A stretch of DNA of 64,000 bases from Paraspadella gotoi (taxonomy: Eukaryota > Animalia > Chaetognatha), in NCBI GenBank assembly GCA_051294375.1, contig CM119271.1:13953739-14017738 (forward strand), read 5' to 3'. The translations under genes and the position numbers were made by a program. Shown here piece after piece: positions 62,636-64,000 of the stretch; positions within the stretch are counted from its first letter, which is position 1; every line of letters starts with the position of its first letter. Under the pieces are notes generated by a model. It did not search any database and had not been told where the DNA came from. It worked only from the letters and a program-made list of their open reading frames with translations.

Positions 62636-62773
62636 TTGATGATTTGAAAGGCGGAGGAGATGGGTTGATGGAGTGATGATGTAGAGAGGATGGGGTGATG
62701 CTATAATTGATGATTTGAAAGGCGGAGGAGATGGGTTGATGGAGTGATGATGTAGAGAGGCTGGGGTGATGCT
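62636..62773 (+). repeat. Tandem duplication of a ~71-bp unit, followed by degenerate GCTGGAGT(G/T)AT repeats
   Basis: TTGATGATTTGAAAGGCGGAGGAGATGGGTTGATGGAGTGATGATGTAGAGAGG occurs twice. Confidence 0.85.
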
Positions 62774-64000
62774 GGAGTGATGCAGGAGCGACAGTTAAGG
62801 TAGTGTAATGCTGTAGGGAGACTAAAGTGTGCGTAAGTATAGCTGTTGTGACGCTGGAATGGTGAATTTGTGATGCTACCGAAAGGCTGGAGTTATGCTG
62901 GAGTTATGCTGGAGTAATACTGGAGCTCCATAGTAAAATCGTTTTTATTGTGACGTTGTACGAAAATGATTGGCTCTTCTACTATAACCAACGAAGGGCG
63001 TTTTATGTTTCTTATCGGCAAGAAAAATAAAACAGAAAAAACAAAGAGAAATACTGAACAAAACAAAAATAAAAAAAAAACGAGAGAGAGACGAATCGAA
63101 GTGAATTGAAATGCGAGAGAAAAAAGAAAAAAAAACGAAACAAAAGAAACAGAAGAACAAAACGAGAAAAACGATATTTTTTTTTATCTCGTTCTGTCGA
63201 TTCCAGTCATCGATGTTGTGATTCGTGGAACTNNNNNNNNNNNNNNNNNNNNNNNNNNNNNNNNNNNNNNNNNNNNNNNNNNNNNNNNNNNNNNNNNNNN
63301 NNNNNNNNNNNNNNNNNNNNNNNNNNNNNNNNNNNNNNNNNNNNNNNNNNNNNNNNNNNNNNNNNNNNNNNNNNNNNNNNNNNNNNNNNNNNNNNNNNNN
63401 NNNNNNNNNNNNNNNNNNNNNNNNNNNNNNNNNNNNNNNNNNNNNNGACAATAACTATTTTTTTCCCTTTCCCAGCACGGTCAAGACCTTTTCGCCAAAG
63501 TTCTCCGGTGGCCGTGAAAGAAGATCCCGCCATCCAGAGTGAATTGTGAAGTTTTTTTCTGTAATTTAACATTTTTTTTTTCGTCTCACGCTTGGAAATG
63601 TAATCATCGCGAATAACCTCCGCAAATATTTTTTTTTTTTTGGGTTTAATTTTTCTGATTGTTTAAACTTTTGATACTATTTTGCAGATCATCGTTCATT
63701 TGCTCGTTGTCGCTCGTGTTCAATTTCTACTCGTAAATATTCTTTTTAAAAAGAAAATTAGAAATTTTACGGATTTTACGGATATTTTTAACTTATGTAA
63801 TTACTAGTTCTCAGAGCATATTTGTCTGATCTTTTTAAAATACTACTTTACTTGTTTTAAACAGGACAATTATCTGTAAAATGAAACGAGTTCATACATC
63901 TCGCGTGACCAAACATTCCCGTATAAATCTCCCACTTTCTCCCGCTCCATTTTTACTTCATTAATCATTTCCCCATTTCGTCATCTGAATTTTTTTTTTT

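Noticed and set aside
62636-62930. CRISPR-like array
   Set aside because: It is a simple tandem duplication without unique spacers, in a eukaryotic context with no cas genes.

Overview
This is intron-containing eukaryotic DNA, most likely from an invertebrate animal with a compact genome: short GT-AG introns and CpG-rich exons in AT-rich flanks. From 1.3 to 57.6 kb I read 12 spliced protein-coding genes, all on the + strand and head-to-tail, with stop-to-ATG gaps of about 0.16-2 kb. In order they are Sec16, a degenerate MAPEG-like membrane protein, nicalin, a Piccolo-like PDZ-C2 protein, MAN1B1, FBXW2, ZIP11, phosphorylase kinase alpha, a DNMT3-like methyltransferase, PSMD5, an unknown coiled-coil protein and COG7 (cut by an assembly gap). 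The last ~6 kb is low-complexity, gap-ridden and has no recognisable gene. Three observations stand out. (1) The layout is operon-like, suggesting possible polycistronic transcription with SL trans-splicing. (2) A ~20-bp element, CTACAATATGCAAATGAGATT (an octamer with an abutting ACAAT), occurs 14 times in both orientations and only in longer introns. (3) The DNMT3 lacks PWWP/ADD, carries SIM-like motifs instead, and has changes at the CpG-recognition and R882-equivalent positions. There is also a tRNA-derived SINE, a MITE-like hairpin and a second intronic repeat. Gene identities come from my recall of homologous sequences, not from database searches, and exon boundaries were read by eye.
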